DNA of 64,000 bases from Brevinematia bacterium (lineage in GTDB: Bacteria > Spirochaetota > Brevinematia > Brevinematales > JAOACQ01), in the NCBI GenBank assembly GCA_049968515.1, contig JBMFQR010000009.1, positions 1,528 through 65,527 on the forward strand, written 5' to 3'. Below are positions 10,232 to 19,794 of the stretch, in pieces. The notes under the pieces were generated by a model, which saw nothing but the letters and a program-made list of their open reading frames with translations, did no database searches and was not told the DNA's origin. Position 1 is the first letter of the stretch. Each line of letters starts with the position of its first letter. The position numbers and the translations under genes are program-made.

Positions 10232-11407
10232 ATGAAAAAGCTATGTTTGATTTTTGCTGTTATGGCTCTGTTTGCCTGTGGAAAACAACAAACAATAAAG
10301 ATAGGCTTTATGGGCCCGCTTACGGGTGATGCTGCCAATTATGGAAAGCTTATGTCCCAAGCTGTAAGGATTGCAGTTGATGAAAAAAATGCAGAGGGTG
10401 GCATAGGAGGAAATAAAATCACCCTTATTCTTGAGGATGATGAGGGAAAAGTTGAAAAAGCCAACCCTGCCATTGAAAAGCTCGCAAGTGTGGATAAGGT
10501 GCTTGGAATTGTTGGACCTGTCTTTTCAAGCTGTGCACTCGCAATTGCTCCAAAATGCCAGTCAGAAAAGATTGTAATGATAACCCCATCTTCAACACAT
10601 AAGGCATTAACTTCAGTTGGTAACTTTATTTTTAGAAATGTGCTTTCCGATGAGCTTCAGGCAAAGGTATTTGCAAAGTACGTTTTCAAGTATATGAAGT
10701 TAAGAAAGATTGCAGTACTCCACCTTAAAAACGACTATAGTCAGGGACTTGCTGAGGATTTTAGAACCGAGTTTGAAAAGCTTGGCGGAAAGATTGTGGC
10801 ATTTGAATCCGCACTTCAGGGAGATAAGGATTTTAAGACCCAGCTGACAAGAATAAAGAATGCAAATCCAGAAGCCTTGTATATGCCAGATTATGTAGCA
10901 GAAATGGCCCAGATTATTGAGCAATCAAAACAACTCGGCCTTAATGTAAAATTTCTGTCAGGGGATGGATATTCAAATCCAGAGATCTTTGAATTAATAG
11001 GAGATAATGCCAATGGTGTAATCTTTGCTAATTCGGCTGAAGAAACTGGAGAGCTTTCCCCGATAAGAAAAGAATTTATCGAAAAGTATGAAAAGAGATG
11101 GAAAATGAAACCGGACGCATTCAGTATGAATTCCTATGACTCAGCAAAAATACTTATAAATGCGATTGAAAAGGTCTACAATGAAATGTCACCGGAAGAG
11201 AAAAAGGGTCTGAAGTTCAATCGTGATAAGATAAGAGATTATGTGGCTGCCACTGAAAACTACAACGGAGCAAGTGGAGTTGTTACATTTTTGAAGGAAA
11301 AAGGAGATGCTATAAAGAATGTTGGTATTTTCATTGCTGAAAACAAAAATTACAGGCAATTACAGGCTTTTACCATTAAAGATGATGAACTTGTAGAAAT
11401 AAAATAA
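10232..11407 (+). CDS. branched-chain amino acid ABC transporter, substrate-binding lipoprotein (LivJ/K-like)
   Basis: Lipobox ALFACGK, IKIGFMGPLTGDAANYG start typical of periplasmic binding protein type 1 (Leu/Ile/Val-binding). First gene of a five-gene ABC operon. Confidence 0.85.
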   Translation: MKKLCLIFAVMALFACGKQQTIKIGFMGPLTGDAANYGKLMSQAVRIAVDEKNAEGGIGGNKITLILEDDEGKVEKANPAIEKLASVDKVLGIVGPVFSSCALAIAPKCQSEKIVMITPSSTHKALTSVGNFIFRNVLSDELQAKVFAKYVFKYMKLRKIAVLHLKNDYSQGLAEDFRTEFEKLGGKIVAFESALQGDKDFKTQLTRIKNANPEALYMPDYVAEMAQIIEQSKQLGLNVKFLSGDGYSNPEIFELIGDNANGVIFANSAEETGELSPIRKEFIEKYEKRWKMKPDAFSMNSYDSAKILINAIEKVYNEMSPEEKKGLKFNRDKIRDYVAATENYNGASGVVTFLKEKGDAIKNVGIFIAENKNYRQLQAFTIKDDELVEIK

Positions 11408-11425
11408 TCTAAATTTTGGGTTTCA

Positions 11426-12349
11426 ATGAATCTCTTTAATATTCCTCTTAACGAGTTGATTCAACATTTAATCAATGGAATTACAATCGGGTTTATTTAT
11501 GCTCTCATAGCTTTAGGTTATACAATGGTTTATGGAATACTAAAGCTTATCAATTTTGCACATGGTGAATTTCTTATGATGGGCACATATATCTCTTTGA
11601 TAATCTGGGATCTTTTCATTTCAAGTGCAGGAGTAAATTTCATCTATTTTGTTTTAGCACTCCTTTGTGGAGTAATATTCTCAGCCACCTTGGGTGTGGT
11701 TGTGGAAAAACTTGCCTACAAACCACTAAGAAAATCAAACAGGCTTGCCCCACTGCTTTCTGCAATTGGAGTGTCCATAATTCTTTCTAATACCGCTGGT
11801 TTAATATTCGGAACAAAATCAAAAAAGTTTGATTATCCCTATCCCAATGAGCCTATTTTCTTACAGAATATATCAATAACTCCACATCAGATTGTCGTGA
11901 TACTTGTCTCATTAATTTTAATGATAATGCTTAGATTATTTGTCACAAAAACTCGCTGGGGAAAGGCAATGCGTGCAGCAAGTGAGGACATTGATACAAC
12001 TTCGCTGATGGGAGTTAATGTAGACTTTATAATAAGCCTTACATTTGCTATTGGAGCAGGACTTGCAACTGTTGCCGGAGTATTTATGGGAATGGAATAC
12101 AAGGTATTTCCTACAATGGGGACTATGGCTGGACTTAAGGCTTTTATTGCTGCCGTTTTCGGTGGCATAGGCAATATAAGCGGGGCAATGCTGGGTGGTG
12201 TTATTTTAGGAATTCTTGAGACATTTGGTGTTGCAATATTGGGAATCCCTCACGGGCTTAAGGATACAATATCCTTCACAGTCTTAATTTTAATCCTGAT
12301 TTTTAAACCTTCGGGGCTACTGGGGAAAAAGATAAGAGAGAAGGTCTGA
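11426..12349 (+). CDS. livH: branched-chain amino acid ABC transporter permease LivH
   Basis: 307-aa polytopic protein. NGITIGFIYALIALGYTMVYGILKLINFAHGE is the characteristic LivH N-terminus. Confidence 0.85.
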   Translation: MNLFNIPLNELIQHLINGITIGFIYALIALGYTMVYGILKLINFAHGEFLMMGTYISLIIWDLFISSAGVNFIYFVLALLCGVIFSATLGVVVEKLAYKPLRKSNRLAPLLSAIGVSIILSNTAGLIFGTKSKKFDYPYPNEPIFLQNISITPHQIVVILVSLILMIMLRLFVTKTRWGKAMRAASEDIDTTSLMGVNVDFIISLTFAIGAGLATVAGVFMGMEYKVFPTMGTMAGLKAFIAAVFGGIGNISGAMLGGVILGILETFGVAILGIPHGLKDTISFTVLILILIFKPSGLLGKKIREKV

Positions 12350-12350
12350 T

Positions 12351-13274
12351 ATGCTGAATTTTATATTTTTACTGATTATCTATTTCGGTATTTACGGAAT
12401 TCTTGCATTGAGTCAAAATCTCATTACAGGGTTTACTGGTTTGCTCTCAATATGTCAGGCTGGATTCTTCGCCATTGGGGCATATGTAACTGCAATCTAT
12501 CTTGTGAACACAAATGGAAGCTTCTGGATTGCTCTTCTTTTAGCCTCCCTTTTCAGCACCCTGTCCGGACTGCTTATTGGCCTACCATCTCTCCGACTGA
12601 GAGGTGACTATTTAGCAATTGCAACACTCGGCTTTGGCGAGATAGTAAAAAATGTCATTATCAACTGGGATAAGGTGACAAGAGGCCCCTTAGGAATAAT
12701 AAATATTCCAGTATTAAAAATTTTTGGGCTATCATTTTCCCCATCAAACAAGCTTTTTTATGCTGTCTTCATATGGAGCTTTTTAATAATAATTTATTTC
12801 ATTTTAGAAAGGATAATTCACAGTCGCTTCGGAAGGGCACTTGAAGCAATCAGAGAAGATGAAATTGCAGCAGTCTCAATGGGAATAAATATAACTCTAT
12901 ATAAGATTGTCGCTTTCTCGGTCGGTGCCTTATTTGCTGGAATTGCAGGGAGTTTATGGGCTATTTATCACCAGTCTGTTTCGCCCCAAACTTTTGACTT
13001 TATGCTCTCCGTAATGATACTCTGTATGGTGGTTTTAGGGGGAATGGGAAACAATTTATCTTCAATAATAGGCACAACAATACTTGTTACAATTTCAGAA
13101 CTCCCAAGATTACTCGGTTTCTCGAATATATTTCCTCCTCAGATAAATCAGATATTTTTCGGAATTCTTTTAGTACTCATTATGATCTTCAGACCACAGG
13201 GGATACTAAAAAGAAAGAGGGTGGATTTTGAAAGACTTATAGAGAAGAAAATCAAAATGGAGGTAAAAAGTTGA
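12351..13274 (+). CDS. livM: branched-chain amino acid ABC transporter permease LivM
   Basis: 307-aa polytopic protein with GLLSICQAGFFAIGAY and PSLRLRGDYLAIATLGFGEI blocks. Starts 2 nt after the livH stop. Confidence 0.85.
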   Translation: MLNFIFLLIIYFGIYGILALSQNLITGFTGLLSICQAGFFAIGAYVTAIYLVNTNGSFWIALLLASLFSTLSGLLIGLPSLRLRGDYLAIATLGFGEIVKNVIINWDKVTRGPLGIINIPVLKIFGLSFSPSNKLFYAVFIWSFLIIIYFILERIIHSRFGRALEAIREDEIAAVSMGINITLYKIVAFSVGALFAGIAGSLWAIYHQSVSPQTFDFMLSVMILCMVVLGGMGNNLSSIIGTTILVTISELPRLLGFSNIFPPQINQIFFGILLVLIMIFRPQGILKRKRVDFERLIEKKIKMEVKS

Positions 13275-14059
13275 GTTATCTTTATACATCAAGCCTGCGA
13301 AAGGAGTTTGGTGGTGTTGTGGCTCTTTCTGACGTTGATTTTGTGGTAGAAAAGGGACTTATAACAGGTCTTATAGGTCCAAATGGTGCAGGAAAAACCA
13401 CTCTGTTCAATATAATCAGCGGGCTTGAAACGGCAACAGAGGGCTTTGTATTTTTCAAAGGCACTGACATTACCAACTACAAGCCATACAGAATAACAAG
13501 AATGGGTATAGCAAGGACATTTCAAAATTTAAGACTTTTTAAGGAGATGACCGTCCTTGAAAATGTTATGGTAGGCAGACATTTTAGGTCGGCGTGTCAG
13601 TTTTTTCCAAAAAATCGATTTCTAAATTCAATATACTGCCTTTTCAATACAAAAAGAGAAGAGGAGGACATCTATTATTCCTCAATGAAATGGCTCTCCT
13701 TTCTGGGACTTGATAAATTCAAGCAGGAATTACCAGCCAATCTACCATACGGAAAACAAAAGGTTGTGGAAATTGCAAGGGCAATTGCCACAGATCCCGA
13801 AGTTCTCTTGCTTGATGAGCCAGCAGCAGGGCTAAATCCAAAAGAGACAATGGAATTGCTTGAGATTGTTAGAAAAATAAATGAGATGGGTATAACCATT
13901 GTCCTGATTGAGCACGATATGAAATTTGTAATGAAACTCTGCCACAGAATTTTTGTATTGAACTATGGTAGACTAATTGCAGAGGGAAAACCTGAAGAAA
14001 TACAGAAAAATCCACTTGTTATAGAAGCTTATTTAGGAAAAGAAAATGAAATTGCTTGA
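13271..14059 (+). CDS. livG: branched-chain amino acid ABC transporter ATP-binding protein LivG
   Basis: Walker A GPNGAGKTT, signature LPYGKQKVVEIARA, Walker B LLLDEPAAGL. TTG start preceded by GGAGG; 4-nt overlap with livM. Confidence 0.85.
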   Translation: MSYLYTSSLRKEFGGVVALSDVDFVVEKGLITGLIGPNGAGKTTLFNIISGLETATEGFVFFKGTDITNYKPYRITRMGIARTFQNLRLFKEMTVLENVMVGRHFRSACQFFPKNRFLNSIYCLFNTKREEEDIYYSSMKWLSFLGLDKFKQELPANLPYGKQKVVEIARAIATDPEVLLLDEPAAGLNPKETMELLEIVRKINEMGITIVLIEHDMKFVMKLCHRIFVLNYGRLIAEGKPEEIQKNPLVIEAYLGKENEIA

Positions 14060-14777
14060 GGCTAAAAATATTTCTATCAACTATGGCGGGCATAAGGCTG
14101 TCAAAGATGCAAGCTTTGAAATCCTTGAAAATGAAATTGTGGCTTTTATCGGTGCAAATGGTGCTGGAAAGTCCACACTGCTTAAATCAATTGTAGGGCT
14201 TGTGCCTCTGAAAACTGGTAGCATTACATTTGACAGAAAACCAATAAGAAGTGCAGGTGGCATAAATTTTACAACCGACAATATCGTAAAAATGGGGATT
14301 TCTCTGGTGCCAGAGGGTAGAAAAATCTTTGGCGACCTATCTGTCAGAGAAAATCTTGAAATGGGGGCATACATCATTAAAGAAAGAAAAAAAATTGAAG
14401 ATAGACTTGAGTTCGTATACTCACTTTTCCCCATTCTGAAAGATAGACAGAGACAAAGGGCTGGATTGTTGTCTGGCGGTGAACAGCAGATGCTATCAAT
14501 CTCAAGAGCACTGATGAGCTATCCGAAACTTCTTCTTCTCGATGAACCGAGTCTCGGGCTTGCACCATTCGTTGTAAAAGACATTTTTGCCATTCTTAAG
14601 AAAATAAATAAAGAAGAAAAGGTAAGTATTTGCCTTGTCGAACAGAATGCAAAGCTTGCCTTAAAAATTTCAAAGAGGGGATATGTTATAGAAACGGGAG
14701 AGATAATATTCAGTGACGAAAGTGAAAAATTACTTATGGATCCAAAAGTAAAATCAGCATATCTTGGAGAAGGCTAA
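14046..14777 (+). CDS. livF: branched-chain amino acid ABC transporter ATP-binding protein LivF
   Basis: Walker A GANGAGKST, signature LSGGEQQML, Walker B LLLDEPSLGL, C-terminal KVKSAYLG. Confidence 0.85.
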   Translation: MKLLEAKNISINYGGHKAVKDASFEILENEIVAFIGANGAGKSTLLKSIVGLVPLKTGSITFDRKPIRSAGGINFTTDNIVKMGISLVPEGRKIFGDLSVRENLEMGAYIIKERKKIEDRLEFVYSLFPILKDRQRQRAGLLSGGEQQMLSISRALMSYPKLLLLDEPSLGLAPFVVKDIFAILKKINKEEKVSICLVEQNAKLALKISKRGYVIETGEIIFSDESEKLLMDPKVKSAYLGEG

Positions 14778-14790
14778 TATCCCATAACAG

Positions 14791-15654
14791 CTAATCAAAT
14801 AAGAGTGATTCTATCTCCTTAAAGATTATCAGTGTTGCCTTTGACTTATTAAGAGTGTAAAAATGTATTCCAGCCACACCATTCTTCAAAAGATCCTCTG
14901 TCTGATGTATTGCATATTCTATGCCTATCTTCTCAACATCCTCATCTGAATCACGGTGTTTCTCAAGGAGATTTTTCAACTGAGAAGGTATTTTGGCATT
15001 ACACATAGAGGTAAACTTTGTGATCTGATTGTAGTTTGTAATTGGCATTATACCTGCAACAATAGGAATGTAAATACTATACTTTTCACATCTATCAAGA
15101 AAATCATAAAATGCAGAATTATCAAAAAAGAGCTGTGTTATGCCAAATTCCATACCGGCCTCAACCTTAATTCCCAAAAATCTCATCTCATCATCCCAGT
15201 TTTCAGATTCAGGATGTCTTTCTGGATATACAGCTCCACCAATAGAAAAATAATCATCATAATTTTCTTTAATCAATCTTATCAAATCACTTGAGTGATA
15301 AATGCCTAAAACATTTCCTTTCACCGGCAAATCACCTCTTAATGCAAGAATATTCTCTATTCTGTTATCCTTATAGTCATCAAGGATTGAAATCAATTCT
15401 TCACTGGAATGAGAAATGCAGGTCAGATGTGCCATAACTGTAAGATTGTTCTCACCTGCAAGTTTTATTACAAGTTCTCTTGTCTTTTCTCTGGTACTCC
15501 CACCAGCCCCATAGGTTACAGAAACAAAAGAAGGATTTATCTTCTCAAGACTCTTTATGTTATCAAGCAATTCAGCAAAACCATTTTCAGTCTTTGGTGG
15601 AAAAAACTCGAATGAGATTGTTCTTTCTTTTTTTAAAATCTCACTTATCTTCAT
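14791..15654 (-). CDS. metF: 5,10-methylenetetrahydrofolate reductase
   Basis: SFEFFPPKT, VSVTYGAGGSTRE, MAHLTC and LALRGD blocks; 287 aa. Confidence 0.85.
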   Translation of the reverse strand: MKISEILKKERTISFEFFPPKTENGFAELLDNIKSLEKINPSFVSVTYGAGGSTREKTRELVIKLAGENNLTVMAHLTCISHSSEELISILDDYKDNRIENILALRGDLPVKGNVLGIYHSSDLIRLIKENYDDYFSIGGAVYPERHPESENWDDEMRFLGIKVEAGMEFGITQLFFDNSAFYDFLDRCEKYSIYIPIVAGIMPITNYNQITKFTSMCNAKIPSQLKNLLEKHRDSDEDVEKIGIEYAIHQTEDLLKNGVAGIHFYTLNKSKATLIIFKEIESLLFD

Positions 15655-16192
15655 AATTAGGCCCTCTTAACGTTAGATTTATTCTCTTTCCATCTATTTT
15701 GAGTATGTAATTTCCCTTTCTCAAATTCTTTATTGTGACCTCATTCTCTGCATTGATCTTTGAAAAAAGAGGTAGCTCATCTTCATTCTTTAATAACTCC
15801 ACATCAAATAGCTTCTTTCCACCTATAACTGTAATCCAGAAGGTTTCATCTTCCTGTAAAGAAATCTTAATGGAAAAATCGCCATAATGTGTTTGAAATA
15901 AAGCTCTACTCGATTTCTCCTTCTTTCTAACACCAGTCTCAACCACCCGTGGTCTGGAAAGATTGGTAAAGAATGAGACAATTCTATCTTTTACTACCTG
16001 AAGAGTAATTGCCTTGATTTCTTTTAACAATCCTTTATCACTATGTGCCATCTCAGAATTTATCCTATTCAATTCAAGAAGCTCTTTCAGACAAAGCCTG
16101 CACGTCTTTAAATGCCTTTCTATCTCATCGTCCATATTGCCATCTAAAAAAGCAAGCATTCTAATCTCCTCAAATTTTCCACAACCAAACAT
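15641..16192 (-). CDS. putative anti-sigma factor (zf-HC2 type), no transmembrane segment
   Basis: H-x3-C-x2-C motif HLKTCRLC about 30 aa from the N-terminus. ATG at 16192 lies 1 nt after the stop of the upstream sigma-like gene (the track uses a GTG at 16207). The 3' end overlaps the metF start by 14 nt. Confidence 0.45.
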   Translation of the reverse strand: MFGCGKFEEIRMLAFLDGNMDDEIERHLKTCRLCLKELLELNRINSEMAHSDKGLLKEIKAITLQVVKDRIVSFFTNLSRPRVVETGVRKKEKSSRALFQTHYGDFSIKISLQEDETFWITVIGGKKLFDVELLKNEDELPLFSKINAENEVTIKNLRKGNYILKIDGKRINLTLRGPNYEDK

Positions 16193-16193
16193 A

Positions 16194-17054
16194 TTATGAC
16201 CCCACACCGGATTGCTTTAGTTTTAAATAATAAAATCTGAACTTTTCTCTAGCAATCTTAATCCTGTAACTTGCCTTTTCTTTTGACTTAAAAAGCTCGG
16301 AAAGACAATTAATAATTTCGCTATTTTTATGATTTATTCTCTGAAGATTCTTAAACCTTTCTCCCTCAAGCCTTGCAATTTTTGCCATCATTTCATATTT
16401 CTGGTTGTTGTCACATTCTTCCCTGTAAAGAATGTATTTTATTTTTAGAATCCTCGAATTTAAAACTCTTATCTTCTCACAAATCTTTCTTGTATTTTCA
16501 AGTTCCTTATATCTTAACTCAATCAGCCTTCTTTGAATCTCCAGAATCTTTGAGACAGAAATATCGAAGCTTGAAGAGATAAATTCTACATCAGCCTCAT
16601 CAATCAATTCTGGGAGGTAATAAAGCTTTAGAATTGCCTTATCAGAAGAATCAATCTCATTCAGAGCTGAATAAACATCCCTATAAGAATCATCCTCACC
16701 TTCAAATACTTCAACATAAACTGTCTCTTTATAGTCCTCAAGGGATAAATCTGTAACAGCATTCCCTTTTGAGTATTTCATAAAGTTGATAAAGTTATTC
16801 TTAAGCACATAATTAAACCAGGTCTGAAATTTAATGCTCGCTTTTGGCGGAAAGTTTTTTATTATCTTTTCCATTCTTTCCATAATATAGAGGTAAAATT
16901 CACCACATATGTCAAGATTTTTTTTGAATGCAACCCTTGGATAATAATAGACATATTCACCTAATTCTTTTTTAATGTCTTCAATGAGTTCAGGAAAAGA
17001 ATCTTTTAAATATTTCTCTACAAGATTTTTAATTTTCTCATTATTGATTTTCAT
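16194..17054 (-). CDS. divergent ECF-like RNA polymerase sigma factor with C-terminal coiled-coil extension
   Basis: Region-2-like FQTWFNYVLKNNFINFMK and region-4-like DKAILKLYYLPE...ISSSFDISVSKILEIQRRL, then about 110 aa of K/E/R-rich helix. Start moved to MKINNEK (ATG 17054, AGGA upstream); the track start is 17111. Confidence 0.45.
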   Translation of the reverse strand: MKINNEKIKNLVEKYLKDSFPELIEDIKKELGEYVYYYPRVAFKKNLDICGEFYLYIMERMEKIIKNFPPKASIKFQTWFNYVLKNNFINFMKYSKGNAVTDLSLEDYKETVYVEVFEGEDDSYRDVYSALNEIDSSDKAILKLYYLPELIDEADVEFISSSFDISVSKILEIQRRLIELRYKELENTRKICEKIRVLNSRILKIKYILYREECDNNQKYEMMAKIARLEGERFKNLQRINHKNSEIINCLSELFKSKEKASYRIKIAREKFRFYYLKLKQSGVGS

Positions 17055-17114
17055 AATATTTCCTGAAAAATGGAGGTATTTTATTTTATGGAATGAATTG
17101 TAAAAAATCAAAAT

Positions 17115-17729
17115 TTATATTAACTTTTTCTCATTTAACATATTGTATACACTTCTATGTATCTCTTCCATAGCAAGTCTTCCATCAATTTTTACAATAT
17201 TTGTGTATTCACGAAGAATTTTTAAGTAATGATTACGAATATTCTGGTGAAATTCAAGACTTTCTTTCTCAATTCTATCAAGTTTTGAATTGCTTTTCCT
17301 GATGAAGGCTTCTTCCACGGTAATATCAAGATAAAAAACTAAATCGGGAACTACATCATTGACAACTGCCCGGTTTAAATCTTCAACAAAGCCTTTATCC
17401 ATTCCCCTTCCACCAATCTGATAGGCAAGTGTGGAATAAAAATATCTATCAGATATTACTATCTTTCCATTTTGAAGGGATGGTTTTATAAGCTTCTCTA
17501 TATGTTCTTTTCTGTCAGCAAGAAATAAAAAAAGCTCCGTGATTGAAGAAACTTCATCCGAATGAAGCAGTAAATTTCTTATCTTCTCCCCAAAATCAGT
17601 GCCGCCCGGTTCTCTTGTCAGAACTACATTATGACTTTCTCTCTTTAACCTTTCTGCAAGCAATATTGCCTGAGTTGTTTTACCACAGCCCTCAATCCCC
17701 TCAAATACTATGAAAGACCCTTTTCTCAT
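17115..17729 (-). CDS. tmk: thymidylate kinase
   Basis: P-loop FIVFEGIEGCGKTTQ, REPGGT, DRYFYSTLAYQ. Start taken as ATG 17729 (MRKGSFIVFEG); alternatives are 17747 and a TTG at 17762. Confidence 0.9.
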   Translation of the reverse strand: MRKGSFIVFEGIEGCGKTTQAILLAERLKRESHNVVLTREPGGTDFGEKIRNLLLHSDEVSSITELFLFLADRKEHIEKLIKPSLQNGKIVISDRYFYSTLAYQIGGRGMDKGFVEDLNRAVVNDVVPDLVFYLDITVEEAFIRKSNSKLDRIEKESLEFHQNIRNHYLKILREYTNIVKIDGRLAMEEIHRSVYNMLNEKKLI

Positions 17730-17733
17730 TTTC

Positions 17734-19695
17734 TTAACCAATGTCATCGATATTTGTAACAAAATTTACGTTGGAAAGGATAAATTTTTTTCTCTGACCG
17801 GTATTACTGTCATCACCCATAAGTATCTTTACCATATTTTCTGCCTCTTCAAAGTCAGTAATCTTAACCTTTATAAGCTTTCTTGTTTCTGGATTCATCG
17901 TTGTTTCCCAGAGCTGCTCGGGATTCATCTCTCCCAAACCCTTATACCTCTGAACCTCATACTTTGAATTCTTAAACCTTTTATTTATAATTTCATCCTT
18001 TTCTTCATCACTGTACGCATACTCAACATGCTTACCATTAGAGATTCTGTAAAGAGGGGGCATTGCAACATATATATTCTCGTTTTCTATAAGAGGCCTC
18101 ATAAATCTATAGAAAAATGTCAGAAGAAGTGTCTTTATGTGAGAACCATCAACATCGGCATCAGTCATTATAATGATTTTATGATAATTAAGCTTATCAA
18201 GTTCAAAGGATGTTGTATATCCAGTACCTATAACTGCAATCAGCGTCCTTATCTCCTCATTGTTGAGAATGGAATTCAAAGAATTTTTTTCTATCCTCTT
18301 TTCCACATTGAGTATCTTACCCCTCAAAGGAAGAATCGCCTGTGTCTCTCTATTTCTTCCCTGTTTTGCAGAACCACCTGCCGAGTCTCCCTCAACAATA
18401 AATAGCTCCCTCAATTCCTTTTTCTTGGTAGTGCAATCAGCAAGCTTACCGGCTACAATCGCTGCAACACCTTTCTTCCCTTTTATAAGGCCAGTTCTAA
18501 CACCTTCTCTTGCTCTTTCAGCCTCTTCTAATGCCTTTAACTCAAGAACAGCTTTTTTCACAATCTTTTCTGCAAGCTCGATATTCTTTTCAAAGTAAAG
18601 AGAAAGCTCCCTTTCTAAAATATCTCTAATTATACTCCTTGCAGAAAGAGGCTCTGTAAGCTTATCTTTAGTCTGTCCTTTAAACTCTGCATCAGGAATC
18701 TTTGTACTTAAAACACAGGTCAATCCGAATGATAGGCTTTTCTTGTCAATTTTTTCGGCTTTTCTGTCAATGTTCAATCTTACACCAAACTTCTGCATAA
18801 CCTTTTCATAAGCCATCCAGAATGCATCAACATGAATTCCATGATTTCTTGTGTGTATTGAGTTAACATAACTATATATTTCAGGATCATCGCCTGAATT
18901 TCTATACTGAATGGCAAGATTGACAGATATATCTCCTTCAGAAGAGGTTATCATAATAGGCTTATCAAACAATACCTCAATATCTTTATTTAATTCCTTG
19001 ACAAGAAAGTCCTCAATACCATTCTCATAGTTGAAAAGATATCTTACAAAATCCTCACCCGTTTCAGTATCCTCTACGGTTCTATCAATAAACTCAATGG
19101 AGAGGCCGGGATTCAAAAAGGCAATCTCTCTCAATCTTGAGATTAAAGCTGATGAACTAAATCTGTTTATCTGGAATATTGAAAAATCCGGCCTGAATTT
19201 CACAAGAGTACCGGTCTTGTTTGCCTCCCCAATAACCTTCAGATTTTGAACCTTTTTTCCCCTCTCATATCTGATATGATAACACTTACCATCCTTAAAG
19301 ACATCAACCTCAAGAAAGGCTGAAAGGGCATTAACAACCGATAACCCAACCCCGTGAAGACCACCTGAAACCTTATAGACACTCCTGTCAAACTTACCAC
19401 CAGAGTGAAGTTTTGAAAGAACAACCTCTATTGCTGGAATTTTCTCTACCGGATGAACGTCAACGGGAATGCCCCTGCCATCATCCTCTATCTCAAGAGT
19501 TGAATCTTTATGCAATGTAACCTTTATCTTCTTTGCGAAACCAGCAAGGTGTTCATCAACAGAATTGTCAAGAATTTCATATGCAAGATGATGAAAACCA
19601 TCAACCCCCCTATCGCCTATATACATATCAGGGCGAACTCTAACACAATCAGGAAAATCAAGAGAAACTATAGATTCAGCTGTATATTTTTCCAT
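17734..19695 (-). CDS. type IIA DNA topoisomerase subunit B (GyrB/ParE family; paralogue not assignable)
   Basis: GHKL ATPase YEILDNSVDE and GGLHGVG, Toprim ELFIVEGDSAGGSAKQGR, PLRGKILNVE, IMTDADVDGSHI. 653 aa, no A-subunit gene adjacent. Confidence 0.9.
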   Translation of the reverse strand: MEKYTAESIVSLDFPDCVRVRPDMYIGDRGVDGFHHLAYEILDNSVDEHLAGFAKKIKVTLHKDSTLEIEDDGRGIPVDVHPVEKIPAIEVVLSKLHSGGKFDRSVYKVSGGLHGVGLSVVNALSAFLEVDVFKDGKCYHIRYERGKKVQNLKVIGEANKTGTLVKFRPDFSIFQINRFSSSALISRLREIAFLNPGLSIEFIDRTVEDTETGEDFVRYLFNYENGIEDFLVKELNKDIEVLFDKPIMITSSEGDISVNLAIQYRNSGDDPEIYSYVNSIHTRNHGIHVDAFWMAYEKVMQKFGVRLNIDRKAEKIDKKSLSFGLTCVLSTKIPDAEFKGQTKDKLTEPLSARSIIRDILERELSLYFEKNIELAEKIVKKAVLELKALEEAERAREGVRTGLIKGKKGVAAIVAGKLADCTTKKKELRELFIVEGDSAGGSAKQGRNRETQAILPLRGKILNVEKRIEKNSLNSILNNEEIRTLIAVIGTGYTTSFELDKLNYHKIIIMTDADVDGSHIKTLLLTFFYRFMRPLIENENIYVAMPPLYRISNGKHVEYAYSDEEKDEIINKRFKNSKYEVQRYKGLGEMNPEQLWETTMNPETRKLIKVKITDFEEAENMVKILMGDDSNTGQRKKFILSNVNFVTNIDDIG

Positions 19696-19794
19696 TTCTC
19701 CTCCCCGAATTCAAGAAAAAAGGTTTACATATTATAACTTATTTTTGACAAAAAATAAAAAAAGCGACAGATGTTAAGTCTGAAAATTCCAGTA

